A stretch of DNA of 63,982 nucleotides, the filler included, from Craspedostauros australis (taxonomy: Eukaryota), in NCBI GenBank assembly GCA_030167865.1. It is 5 parts of 5 records of this genome, joined end to end, with 100 filler letters (N's around TTAATTAATTAA, not from the genome) between each part and the next. Parts side by side here need not be neighbours in the genome. Positions count along the whole stretch, not along the records: positions 28,793 to 55,433 come from JALAGF010001949.1; 4 more parts are not named here. One strand, 5' to 3'. The notes under the pieces are model-generated. The model saw only the letters and a program-made list of their open reading frames with translations, was not told the DNA's origin and searched no databases. Positions 33,401 to 43,294 of the stretch are shown in pieces (position 1 is the stretch's first letter; every line of letters begins with the position of its first letter). The translations under genes were made by a program, and so were the position numbers.

Positions 33401-35388
33401 CTTTCGCTGGATGGACTCATGACAGAGCTTGCGACAGGTGGTTGTGCCTGTGTCTGTAGTTCATTCTGCGTGCGTCCAAGTCGCTGCATGTTGTGGTTTC
33501 GTCCGATCTTGGGCGCAATATCAATGATCCGGTGACGTGTGTTCCTGGAGCGGCTGGCCTTGTTGGGCGACCGTGGGGGCAACTGCTGGATATGCTGTGA
33601 GGCGCTGTCGCCTGGATTGATCTCACTAGGATCCTCCTGGACGCTCGTCAAGAACCTGGTAGACGAAAAGTGGCTGCTGTCCACATCGACGAGAAGGATG
33701 GGATGATGTGCGCTATTGTACGAGAGGCCGTTGCGATCCATCTCCATCTTCAGCCTGCGCTGCTGGACATCCAAACCAGATCCGTTTGCGCTGCTAGGAA
33801 GGTTTGTGTGTTCGGTCATTTCGGAGACGACGGTGCGAGAGTCGTCGGAATCCGTGTGGGTGGTCTTCTCCGGAACTTCGATGGCATCCGGTGCGCGGAA
33901 CTCAGGGATGCTGAGATCATGATCATGGTCATGATCGCCAGGATTGACGCTGTCGCTGTACTCCTCAGATGAGTCTTGTCGCTTCGCGGACGCTATTGGC
34001 AGGAAGCTGATGCGTGGTTTGGCGGAGAGCTGCGCCGTTTGATTGTTCACGTTGGCAGTTGGCTTCTTCGCCACGGAATCAGCGGGTGCCATATTTGTGT
34101 CTGCGGGAGCATCGTTTGCGTCAATGTCGATGGTCTTCGTAGCTGGCTTGGTTCCTTCGATGACAGGAGTGTGATGCTCTGCTTTTTTCGATGCAGCTTT
34201 GGCATCTGCAGTAGGCCCACACCGAGATGTGGCCTTGACCGTGGTGGTGGCAATAGAAGTCAACCCGCTTACACGGCTCTGTCCTCTTGCCTTGGTGTGA
34301 AAGATGGCTGGTGATTTCAAGCCAGATGTCGGTGTTTTGGGCTTCGTAGCGCGAGTGTTCGCGACGACACCGGTGGCCTTCGGTGAAGTTGCTGCAGTCG
34401 TTTTTGGTTTGCTGTTGCTGTTGCTGATGTCAGTGTCGTTGAGGGTCAGGTTGGTGATGAGGGGTTTTCGCGCGGTGCTCTCGGGCCGTTTGCTGTTTCT
34501 CAACTTCGCAATCTCAGCTTGGTTTGCGGCGCCCAGGGCGGCATGGTCCATCTTTTGGGCTCGGAATGGGCGACGTGGAGATGGGCGACGTGGAGATGGG
34601 CGGCGCGCGCCATCCGGGGTTGGTCGAAGGTACGATGTGGGCCGTCTCGATGAGGCTCTTGGTGTCGATGTGGGCGAGATGTGCGAGTTCATCCCCTCCG
34701 CCGCATCATTGGCAGTGACATTGCCGGTGGGCGTTGCCATCACCTGGGTTTGAGATGAAGCTGGAGGTGGCACAATGATTGGGAGTAATGGCGACGTTGT
34801 GGATGGCTTCGCGGAGCGGAATCGAGGCACGTTGGTGCTTCGCTGGGTTTCGGTGCCTTGCCTAACCGAGACCTCCGAGGCATTGCTCCTCTGCCTGGAT
34901 TCCATCGTGCGTGCTTCCTTGGTCTCTACGACGTTGTGCGCGGCCGCACCCGCGTCGTCGTGCAGACGAATGGGGCTGTCTGGCGTGGCTCTCGATCTGT
35001 TGGATGCGCTGTACCGATCGATGATAAGTTCCGTCTCGTCAGTCAACATCGGCCCGTTGCCATGCTGACCTTTGCCGCCAGCATCCTTCATCCACTTGCC
35101 TCTGCGCACGGCTGATTTGATGTAGAACTCGCGCTTGCGCGCGCGGATCTCCGCCAAGCGCTCAATGGCTGACATCTCGGGCTGATCCTCCATGTCTCCC
35201 TGTTTCGCCCGCGTCGTTGCCAACGCTGCAAAGGACGGCGGGGGTGGTTGCGGTGTCATGACGGGCTGTTCCAATACGCTGGAGAGCCTTCTCTGGCAAG
35301 AATGCCTTCTCGAATCTGCGTGGACACTTCGTCCAACGATTGCACCAGCACTCTCTCTCTCTCCTAAGCTGTCCTGAACTCTGTGCAC
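30457..35388 (-). CDS. Large low-complexity, probably disordered protein (1643 aa)
   Basis: Uninterrupted 4.9-kb ORF rich in T/S/A/P/Q, with RRPSP repeats and no recognisable domain. The start codon is uncertain. Confidence 0.75.
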   Translation of the reverse strand: MHRVQDSLGERESAGAIVGRSVHADSRRHSCQRRLSSVLEQPVMTPQPPPPSFAALATTRAKQGDMEDQPEMSAIERLAEIRARKREFYIKSAVRRGKWMKDAGGKGQHGNGPMLTDETELIIDRYSASNRSRATPDSPIRLHDDAGAAAHNVVETKEARTMESRQRSNASEVSVRQGTETQRSTNVPRFRSAKPSTTSPLLPIIVPPPASSQTQVMATPTGNVTANDAAEGMNSHISPTSTPRASSRRPTSYLRPTPDGARRPSPRRPSPRRPFRAQKMDHAALGAANQAEIAKLRNSKRPESTARKPLITNLTLNDTDISNSNSKPKTTAATSPKATGVVANTRATKPKTPTSGLKSPAIFHTKARGQSRVSGLTSIATTTVKATSRCGPTADAKAASKKAEHHTPVIEGTKPATKTIDIDANDAPADTNMAPADSVAKKPTANVNNQTAQLSAKPRISFLPIASAKRQDSSEEYSDSVNPGDHDHDHDLSIPEFRAPDAIEVPEKTTHTDSDDSRTVVSEMTEHTNLPSSANGSGLDVQQRRLKMEMDRNGLSYNSAHHPILLVDVDSSHFSSTRFLTSVQEDPSEINPGDSASQHIQQLPPRSPNKASRSRNTRHRIIDIAPKIGRNHNMQRLGRTQNELQTQAQPPVASSVMSPSSESSVANSNDFATPRQAPVSTLAPTATNAHPHASSAAKTPEMLTDSLSAESLHRPPIRMRHGLPFEQNDFHPDEETVDSWRDSTNWRLSDSASILSAETTRTTHTSKTPSMRTTGMAGPRMNSTSMVHRMKNSNIRLHRAVIPTESVCMKTPVVSNKTGDVAQVDPISDSRSSSDAIVITHNTDGSNTDTHTVTTTTTKASDVGMESTRLDQPTAVTNNVLSACVGAGAAAAVAVTGNVAAMTAFDVTDTPVHGIDDISKDMNAVTSGPDGTRTAPSTTTPTDQKSRAHGLEPSEHRGDLDLWIEDSAGVKTNTSNLNNATTNSHPKVELKSDGGLEQSAAGLPNSQKSTVDCAADGTPQPSVMPTPTLTLTPTPYASSPTNANASHSRGHIVMGRDPDECVGGPLQGPPTPRQDPPSPITHQPINIFDRLKETLSGDGNLIIDTTQIAEADVVVDQGSMEDENQEAREDGETDAPQHKQQEETTQTAAPASVDERETGVRAVEVESHAATDKERLAKVETNATNGPQASHTIKESVSNTTTVSAASTAASATAVATSAAAITAIAAAITGATTSDKKKPTAASGEETGNSTALIGERLLDLVEDGLGRDGRQTTMDSHSTTTSATKDSMMISSASKSTTAMTSVQMPHKQHHNISTSMATDPSNGIVPWMRSDPATPIMIASNPNMSTRTTAASTQPPTASQFHPLARTFFTSQQQEMQGWFAATMAGATSTTTTTITETVSRNDGETATKKNPQQQLKQDEVKANDVTSNSNTNSDDSNFFTSSYTYLQSIANNLPNFGLSENEVGGMMGVLDRDLDATSKQVPERQDDLLIFLGEELEKSACGLDRNAIPENTAVPMPQQRLISCAQPPACTANDSDVVTVQPNQVRYYHSEYDHRQHDEQYGYTYHRQQVMPSPQHNYEHGDGRNFAMQHAHANQLYESQLRQEQPQQHSVHVPLDENQGHGAVPAPPTPKQQQQSPSP

Positions 35389-36586
35389 GACGGTGTGCTG
35401 CGTCGTCTGTCTGCACAGATCTGTTGGGGCAGATGGTATCCCTCCGCTGTGCTATGAATGTGTGTGCGGATGCTCAAGATGATGTCGTTGTGGGCGAGAC
35501 TGAGGATGGATGTGCGGAACTGTGCTGTTGGCACTACTGCTGCTGTTGGTGTCGCTTCCACTTCAGCGTCGTTCGCGCATACAGAGAAGAGAAGGGTGAT
35601 GTGTCTGCGCTGTTGCTCCAGTCCGTCGTGGACGTTGAACCTGAAGATGTTCGTGTTAGAATCCTATGTGCTTCCGTTGGATCCACACAGGAAGGATCTG
35701 TCACCGAAGTGTTGTCCAGCCAGGAAACGTTGGCGCGGTGACACGAACCTCGTGCTCTTTGTTTTGTGGGCGTGTCAGGTTCCTTCGTGAATTTCGGCGA
35801 TAGCACATCGCTAATCTTGTGATGGCGACCTGTCGCAGCGAATTTACAGTTAATCTCTGAGATACTACCTGCGTCCGTTTGATGTCTTGTGAGACAAAGT
35901 TGATCAGAACACTTGCGCGAAGACACGAAGCAATCGAAACGCTATCACGAGCGCGCCGAGCCAAACCAAGGCCACAAGATTCCCAAAGATGTACGCAGCA
36001 TTGTGCATGTGGAGAGAGATGCATATTAGTATAGTAGCGCAGAGAATCGTCAGAGTACTCTGTTGCTCAACTCCAGGGGGAGAGACAAAGAGCAACAACA
36101 GTCCTGTTGCGTCCTTAAACCTGCAGAGGGGATATTGAGAGAGCACGGCTATGTGGCAGAGAACAAGCTACTCGGTGCGATCGCACGCCTCAACGCGTCC
36201 GTTGTCACAGCACACACGTGGAAGTCTTAGAGCAAGACAAGGTCTGCACAGCACATTTAGGATACAGAGTAGAGCACTGTCTCTTGAGAGTACTCCGATC
36301 TGCTCTGCTGCTTTTCAGGCAATCGTGCCGACAGTGCTATGCAAGTATCCGTGCTGGTATTGGCTCGATGTCGCAGGACATCCTCGCGATTCGATGCGTC
36401 GTCTTCGCATGAGTTGCCTGCGGCACTTCGGTTCGACTCAAACGACCAACAAAATGCAAAACACAAAACACAAACGAAGAGGAAAGACGCAACAAGGGAA
36501 AGACCTCCCGGATCCGCTTCTGTGGGTCACAACCATCAGGTTGTCCGGGCAGCTCGTCCGACTATGCTGGTGCACTTCGGTGATGC

Positions 36587-38128
36587 ATGCAGCTCATGGC
36601 AGGTCGACACACAACCATTCGCAGCACCCACGATGCCACAGCACCAGGGAACAATCAGACAATGAACGAACGCAACGTGGCACGGCGACGAGCGCGGAGC
36701 AAGGCCGCATCGGCAGCAGCTCGCACCCATCAAGTTGCGAACATCGCGTTGCCTCGCAACGTCCGCATGATCGGGGTCTTCTTCGCGGCAATGTTCTTGC
36801 TGAATGTGCTGTACATGGCCAGCAACCTCCCGCTCAGCACGAAGCTCCCATTTCCAATGCGTCGAGGCGTCTCGTTGCGGAAGAATACCGACAATGTGAC
36901 CGCTATCGGGCGTCCTGTCGGTGCATCCAATCCCATTCTGAGCCTACATGCCGCAATTCGATTGGGGCATCCCGTCTACCCACCGGAAATGACGGACGAA
37001 CTGAACGCGCGCATCGCAAACCGCTTCGTGCACAAGAACGACACGGCGCCAGAAACGGCGCTGGACTTTGGAAATGAGCACATGGCGTTGCTGACGCAGC
37101 AGGGCAAGTCGCACACGGAAAATCAAGATCGGGCCGTGATTCTCGATCCGTTCCTTCAATTTGACCATCATGATTTCGCGGGCCAGAAATCATTGCTCGT
37201 GGGTCTGTTCGATGGGCATGGGAGGAAAGGTCATTTGGTTGCGGAATTTGTCGTCAACGAGTTTCCCAAACGACTTGCCGCGAAATTGTCGCAGATCTTC
37301 CTGCAAGTGGACGGTGAAGCGAAAAGTGGCACTGCACAGCGGTTCGACCAAGCCGAAATGGACCGAAAGATCGTCGATGCCATCAATGCCACGTTTGTCG
37401 AGGTCGATAGCGACATACCCCAGCAGTTGTCCTTATTGGGCGGATGCACTGGATCAGTCACGTACCGACAGGGATCCAAGGTGTACATTGCAAACGTCGG
37501 CGATAGCCAGACCGTCCTCGTCACCGTCAATCCTCCCGCACCGGCTGAGAATCAAAGCGACCGCAACAGCAACCAAAAGCAAAAACAGAAGCAGAAACAG
37601 AAACAGAAACAACGGCAAAAGCCGACGGCCACGATATCCTACATGACCGCAAAGCACAAACCCAGCATGCCGGCCGAGAAAGCACGCATCGAAGCCATGG
37701 GCGGCAAGATCTTCGTCAACAAGAAGAACGGAATGACTCGTGTGAATGCCTACAGCAGCGTGGCGCATGAGACCATCAGCTTGGCCATGAGCCGGGCCAT
37801 TGGAGATTTGGAATGGACACGCATAGGCGTCACGGCCGAACCCGATATCGACGTCATCGACCTGCAACACCTGCCTGGAACCAACAACACCTCATCAGTA
37901 TCATCATCGCCGGCATCATCGCCGACAATATTTCTGATTGCCGCGAGCGATGGACTGTGGGATGTGCGACGGCGTGAATTCTTCGCAAACCAATTCGCGG
38001 AGTGCTTTGACGGTCCCCAAGCAACACCACCGATCCATCAGCTGTGGCAGATCATTCGCAAAGTTACGCCGACCAATCCGAAGTGGTATCGTGATGACAT
38101 CACCGCCATTCTTCGATTGATGGATTAA
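36587..38128 (+). CDS. PP2C/PPM-family protein phosphatase with N-terminal membrane anchor
   Basis: PPM motifs NQDR, GLFDGHG, GCT, ANVGDS, HKP...EKARIE, LAMSRAIGD, ASDGLWD and RDDIT. TM segment MIGVFFAAMFLLNVLYMA. A (KQ)n insert. Alternative start at 36662. Confidence 0.92.
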   Translation: MQLMAGRHTTIRSTHDATAPGNNQTMNERNVARRRARSKAASAAARTHQVANIALPRNVRMIGVFFAAMFLLNVLYMASNLPLSTKLPFPMRRGVSLRKNTDNVTAIGRPVGASNPILSLHAAIRLGHPVYPPEMTDELNARIANRFVHKNDTAPETALDFGNEHMALLTQQGKSHTENQDRAVILDPFLQFDHHDFAGQKSLLVGLFDGHGRKGHLVAEFVVNEFPKRLAAKLSQIFLQVDGEAKSGTAQRFDQAEMDRKIVDAINATFVEVDSDIPQQLSLLGGCTGSVTYRQGSKVYIANVGDSQTVLVTVNPPAPAENQSDRNSNQKQKQKQKQKQKQRQKPTATISYMTAKHKPSMPAEKARIEAMGGKIFVNKKNGMTRVNAYSSVAHETISLAMSRAIGDLEWTRIGVTAEPDIDVIDLQHLPGTNNTSSVSSSPASSPTIFLIAASDGLWDVRRREFFANQFAECFDGPQATPPIHQLWQIIRKVTPTNPKWYRDDITAILRLMD

Positions 38129-38234
38129 TGGATTTGCACCATTCGAGGAGCAAGGACGTATGCGTAAGTAGAGCAATGGATTTGATTTGATTTGGTGTTG
38201 ATTTTTATTTTGATTCGATGTGCATATTTGTGTT

Positions 38235-39620
38235 TCACTTTGCTGTACCCTGGAAGCTGGCGGACATTGTGGAATCATTGTCGGCACCATTTGCGTTTGG
38301 GCACAGCAACAGATCAAACCGAGGAATTCCGTCGAAATCATCGCTGTTATCTTCATCGTCACTATCAAGATGATCATTATCAGCACCATCCCAAAAGTTG
38401 TCGGTTTGCTGATGTCGTCTTGGTGGAAGGTGATTGAAGAAGACTCCAAACATGCTCGTTCGCCGCGCCAGCGGTCCGAACACTTCCAGCGCCGCTGCTG
38501 TGGGATAGCACTCTTGCAGCATGAACCGTTTTAGCTCTTCACCTGCCGATGGACTGAGATGCTGTTGCAAGATGGATCTCGCCAAAGGCTCGTTGATGGA
38601 GTCCCGGAACGTCGTGCGTTGTTCCAGACTCCCTTCGCTGCATCGCAGTTTGCGAAAGGTTTGAAGGAATCGTGTGGGCGTGTTCTCTCGCAGTTCGTCC
38701 TGGCCCTTTTTCATCGCCATTACAGTGAGATACAGTCTTTGGAATTCGGCAGTCGCACCAGCGTCAGGCATTCCGATGGGAAGACTTGCTTCTAGATGCA
38801 ATGCCGTGGATGGTGATGACGCGATCTCGTCGCGTCTGGCTTCGTATGCAGAGAGCACGGCGTTGGTGTCGAAGTAAGAGCATGCGCTGTCCGCGATGCT
38901 GGTAGAGTAGTTCACCATCTGACGGCATCGTGCGTAGGGGCTGCTCAAGTCATATTTCCCGCTGAACCTCGGGTCGATGGAGACAGACTGAGCGACTTGA
39001 ATGATCTGGGATCGTGGTGGGCACATGCATCTGTGTTGGTAGGTATCCCTCGCCTTGCGGCATACCTTTCGGAGAGATCCGCGGTGCTTCCAGGACAGGA
39101 ATCCGCTGGACATCACCAGGTCGAACACACCGTCGAAGGACGGTTTACGCTGCTGGCAGGCGTCGTTCCATGTATCCGGTCTGCAGAGCTGACGGTTCGT
39201 GCTTGGGTGGATTGCGTTCTCGCACTCCGAGCATCGGTTCGTGCCGTTGGCGTTGTCGAGCTCGTCGAGCAGGCGATTCCATCCTTCGTAGCACTGTTCC
39301 TGCGACTTCCATGCTGATCGCGACTCCTGACTGACTGAACTCAGTGATATAGCATCGTTCCATGCCAGATAGCCGGATGCAATCAACGGCCTAACGATGG
39401 AGTTGAAGTCTGTTGATGGTGCAGCCGGCAGCGCTCGCAATTCGGCGTCGACAGTCAAATTGATTGCGGACGATGGCGGGAGAAGTTGCGGAGTGTCGTC
39501 GCTGACGTCGTTGTGATGTTGGAGTCTTTGACGCTTGCAGTGTTGATGTTGATCCGGTGCGTTTCTTGCATCGTCGCTATCACCACGCAGTCTCTTCGTC
39601 AACATATTTGCAATGCACAT
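38235..39620 (-). CDS. Hypothetical protein with two F-box-like motifs
   Basis: 461-aa ORF. Internal repeat FNSIVRPLIASGYLAWNDAISLSSVSQ / FDGVFDLVMSSGFLSWKHRGSLRKVCR. Acidic C-terminus. Confidence 0.7.
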   Translation of the reverse strand: MCIANMLTKRLRGDSDDARNAPDQHQHCKRQRLQHHNDVSDDTPQLLPPSSAINLTVDAELRALPAAPSTDFNSIVRPLIASGYLAWNDAISLSSVSQESRSAWKSQEQCYEGWNRLLDELDNANGTNRCSECENAIHPSTNRQLCRPDTWNDACQQRKPSFDGVFDLVMSSGFLSWKHRGSLRKVCRKARDTYQHRCMCPPRSQIIQVAQSVSIDPRFSGKYDLSSPYARCRQMVNYSTSIADSACSYFDTNAVLSAYEARRDEIASSPSTALHLEASLPIGMPDAGATAEFQRLYLTVMAMKKGQDELRENTPTRFLQTFRKLRCSEGSLEQRTTFRDSINEPLARSILQQHLSPSAGEELKRFMLQECYPTAAALEVFGPLARRTSMFGVFFNHLPPRRHQQTDNFWDGADNDHLDSDDEDNSDDFDGIPRFDLLLCPNANGADNDSTMSASFQGTAK

Positions 39621-41184
39621 GCTTCTTGTATTTCTTGTGTTTGGGATTTGTATAATGGTTGAGATTGAGCTTGAGTTTGGGTTTGAAGGTGATCGCTGAT
39701 GGGATTGGTGTATCTGACGTTTCTGGTGTCGCTGTTATTAATCCTCAGGGTTGGTGTGCAGATGTTTGTTTGAGCTGGATGGCGGTTTATGAGCATCTCA
39801 GGTTTGGACGTTCTTCGGAGCTTGAAAAGAGGAGGAAAGCACAGCAGAGTATGGGTGGCTGGTTGGCTTGCTCCCACGCAACAGGATGTGAGTATGAATG
39901 CGTGAAGGACGTAGACACTGTTCCTACAACAGAATGATGCGTAGTGGTACTGAATACCAGTGTCATCATCATCATCATCGCCAACATTATCGCATCCTCA
40001 TCTCGAAAGCGACTGGTGCGATCTTGACACAACTACATTTGAGTGCGAGCACCCGACAGGTCCATTCTTCAGCCCTGGGATACATCTCCCGCCTTTCATT
40101 TGACTTGCACAGCATCTCCATGATGCTGGCTGGGTGGGTGGAACTTGGATTTGCACTGGTCGTAGTACTGGTATGTAAGCTGCGACCTGGCCGCACGATG
40201 TGCCATCGACCATCGATGGTATGGACACAGCGGATGAATCAGCCTGGGTTCTGGCCGGAACACAGCAACGATGCTCGTGCTCGTGCTCGTGCTCGTACGA
40301 CTACTGTGGTGCTGATGCTGATGCCATTGCGGAAGAACTGCATCGTGGCTGGATTTTGTGAAGCAAGGTTCGTCATGGCGTGGATGAATCCGTATTTATG
40401 GACAATCACGTTTCATGTCACGTCGCATAGACAGAGCTAGAGCCTCTTTGACATACGTGCGACATGAGTCGTTATGTGATTTGGTCGGCATCAAACAGTG
40501 CTCACTTGGTGGGTTTCTGTGTACATTGTTGTCGGCCTTGTCGGCTGTCCATCATCACTACCACCACTACCACCACCACCATCACACATCCCCACCACAA
40601 GGTATAGTAGGTGAGGGAACAGGGAAGGACCGATCGTTCGCTCCGCCCGACCACACATCTTCGTGGTCGAAGCGGGTTTGATGAGGCATTGATCGTACCC
40701 GTACGACTAGCCTGGCGCAACAGCTGCGATTGTTGCCATTCTGACGCAATTAGTGGGATGCCGCTGGAACATTCGAAGAGCACCCATAGTCGTCGTCGGT
40801 TGTCACAAGGCACTCGTGTTCCAACATCCGACGGAGCCGAACGCCTCTTGGGGCCGAGTTCCAGAGTTACAGTCAAGGGTCGTCGGCGGGCAGATGTGGA
40901 CACAGTGGGTGGAACAGGCAATTCTGCTGCACATGATTCCGCAAAAATGATGCTCGGGAGGTAGGACCCCTCGGTGGTCGATTCGGTATTCATCTCGCGC
41001 ACCAACGTTCATGGATGATTCTTCTATTCTCTTCGTACTCGTCATCGTTTCTATCATTGTCGTACTCTACTCTACCGTGCACTCCTACGTTTTCTCTCCT
41101 CCATTCCATTCACTATCCACCCCACTTATACAAGTCATATATTATACAATTCGTGTACAATTCATCTGCTATTGTACTCGCACT

Positions 41185-42303
41185 TTAACTGAAGTTGAAG
41201 AATACCCGTGGACTGGCAGTTGTCAGCGCAGATTCGATTTGGCTCTGAAAGTCCACCAAGAGCGCGACGATGGCCGGATAGGAAAACTCCTTGTCCACTC
41301 CGAGCTCATGCGGTGCCTTGTGCTGTAGCAGGTTCTTCCAGCGCAACGCGAGTCCCTCAATCACATCTCGGCGCTCGCTGTGTCCACCTTCGACGCGCAG
41401 CCACCAAGTGTACCGATTCAGCGCGAATGTGATGCTGAACAACCGACAGAGCTTCTCCTCATAGCTGCGGAGCCTGCTGTACTTCATTTTGAATTGCGTG
41501 AAGTGTTCAAACACGACGTTAACCGAGCGGCTCGTGGCGGCGTGGTCGAAGAAGGTGAGGTACGCGATGAGCGTTTGCTGAAGCTCCGGGCGCATGACCA
41601 TCAGCCCGAGCCGATCGACTTGATCATGAGAAAGCTGCGTCACGTCGATGCGCTGGCCATGTCGAAAGTCGACGTCGTTCGGTTCGAAGATCTCGCGCGT
41701 GTACACGAGACCAGCACCCTTGCTGTGCGTATCCACCATGAGACCGTACAGTTTCTTCATCTTCTGCTCGAACGGCGATCTTTTCGCGGTGCCACTGTCA
41801 AGGGCACTGCTGGACAAGACATTTGCGGTGAATATATCGTAATAATTTCCATGGTTTGATGTGGGCAGCATCAGCCAACAGTCGATGGGGATGTCGGCGG
41901 CCTCATCAGGCTGAGTGTGACGCAGCGGGAATGGCGACGTCGATGCCAAGGTGGAGATTTCTGGCGAATCAGATGCGCATCCGTCCAACGAAATGCGCCT
42001 GGGGCGGTGGTAACCGATGGACGGTTCGAACGCATCGGGACGGGGACCCACGGCAGCTGCTTGGGCGGGATCGGTTTCATTGATACACTCGTCGTAGTTC
42101 ATCCAACTGGTTGATGAGTTTGTATGTCCTTGATGATCATAGTCAGTGCGCTGCTCATGGGCGGCCCTGGGCTTCGTGCGTGGAAATGGAAACATGTGGG
42201 CATCCGACAGAACTTTCTGTCGCCGACAGGCAGGCGAGATGGCGACCTTCTGCCGTTTATGCTTGGACACGAACATAGGATTGTGCTGATGCCGGACCAA
42301 CAT
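41185..42303 (-). CDS. Hypothetical protein, paralog A (conserved C-terminal helical domain)
   Basis: Long ORF; ATG at 42303 chosen, although the frame is open to a GTG at 42873. C-terminus LALRWKNLLQHKAPHELGVDKEFSYPAIVALL is homologous to the neighbouring gene. Confidence 0.72.
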   Translation of the reverse strand: MLVRHQHNPMFVSKHKRQKVAISPACRRQKVLSDAHMFPFPRTKPRAAHEQRTDYDHQGHTNSSTSWMNYDECINETDPAQAAAVGPRPDAFEPSIGYHRPRRISLDGCASDSPEISTLASTSPFPLRHTQPDEAADIPIDCWLMLPTSNHGNYYDIFTANVLSSSALDSGTAKRSPFEQKMKKLYGLMVDTHSKGAGLVYTREIFEPNDVDFRHGQRIDVTQLSHDQVDRLGLMVMRPELQQTLIAYLTFFDHAATSRSVNVVFEHFTQFKMKYSRLRSYEEKLCRLFSITFALNRYTWWLRVEGGHSERRDVIEGLALRWKNLLQHKAPHELGVDKEFSYPAIVALLVDFQSQIESALTTASPRVFFNFS

Positions 42304-43294
42304 GGTAGTTGCCGTTGTTGTCGCGTGTAGCTCTGCGTTGTTGCTGCAGGTTGCTGTTGATGAATGTTGCGTCCGTTGTGTGATGGTCCGTGTTGTGTCG
42401 CTGTCTTCTGATTGCCGTCCTTGTATTGCTTCACGTGATCGATGCTCACAAAGGATCCGTACGGATACACACATGCGTATGGTGCAGAAGGCGCTCGTCC
42501 ACGCGTACGAAAGCGGATGATCCTCGATTTGTGAGGCGTTGGTACTCGCGTGGTATGGTAGATGTGGCCACGGATCAAGTTTGAAGGCAACAACAACAAC
42601 GAACTTGGCAACGGCACCGTGCAATCGAAGAGTGATGCAACGGGATGCGATGGGTCCAAGCATACTGCGATTTGGTTGTTGCGTGAAGTCTTGTCTATTT
42701 CGTGGGTTTGGTTTTGAATTTCCCGTTGTGGCCCATTCAACCACTGTGGTTGATGTTGTGTCTCCTTCAGATGGGAACTGCAAAAACTGTTGCCCGCCTC
42801 GCGCGTCTTTCGGTACGAACCACAGGACAAACGACTCCTCGTCGCCCATACCCACCATGGGACCTCTGTGCACGAACCGCCGATGTCGCTGACCAACATG
42901 AGCTCGTGCCGCGCGAGGTGAGTGCTATCTACCCACGACAACTCCAGCTCCAACTCCAACACCACCACCACCACCAACTTCAAGAACAGCGTACGGGTAT
43001 GTACGATGCATGGTACATGATGCGGTCCACCATCCCGTTGTCCTAATATGTATCACATGATGATGTTCAGAGAATGCGTTCCTGAAGTTGGTCGTGACGA
43101 TTTATCGGACTTTACGTTGATACACTCTACTCGTATCACTGTTCCACCATCCTATGTTTCGCTCTCATGTCCACCGACGGATGCTCCATTGCAGTTGCTC
43201 GCGCATACAGTTGATTCATCATGCGTTTTGTTGGTGGCTTTGATCGATTCATGTTCCCTGGTTGAGCGTTGAGAAGCGGCGTCGGACGGCATAT

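Noticed and set aside
40502..41057. Short minus-strand ORFs downstream of paralog A
   Set aside because: No motifs, and several overlapping frames are equally weak.
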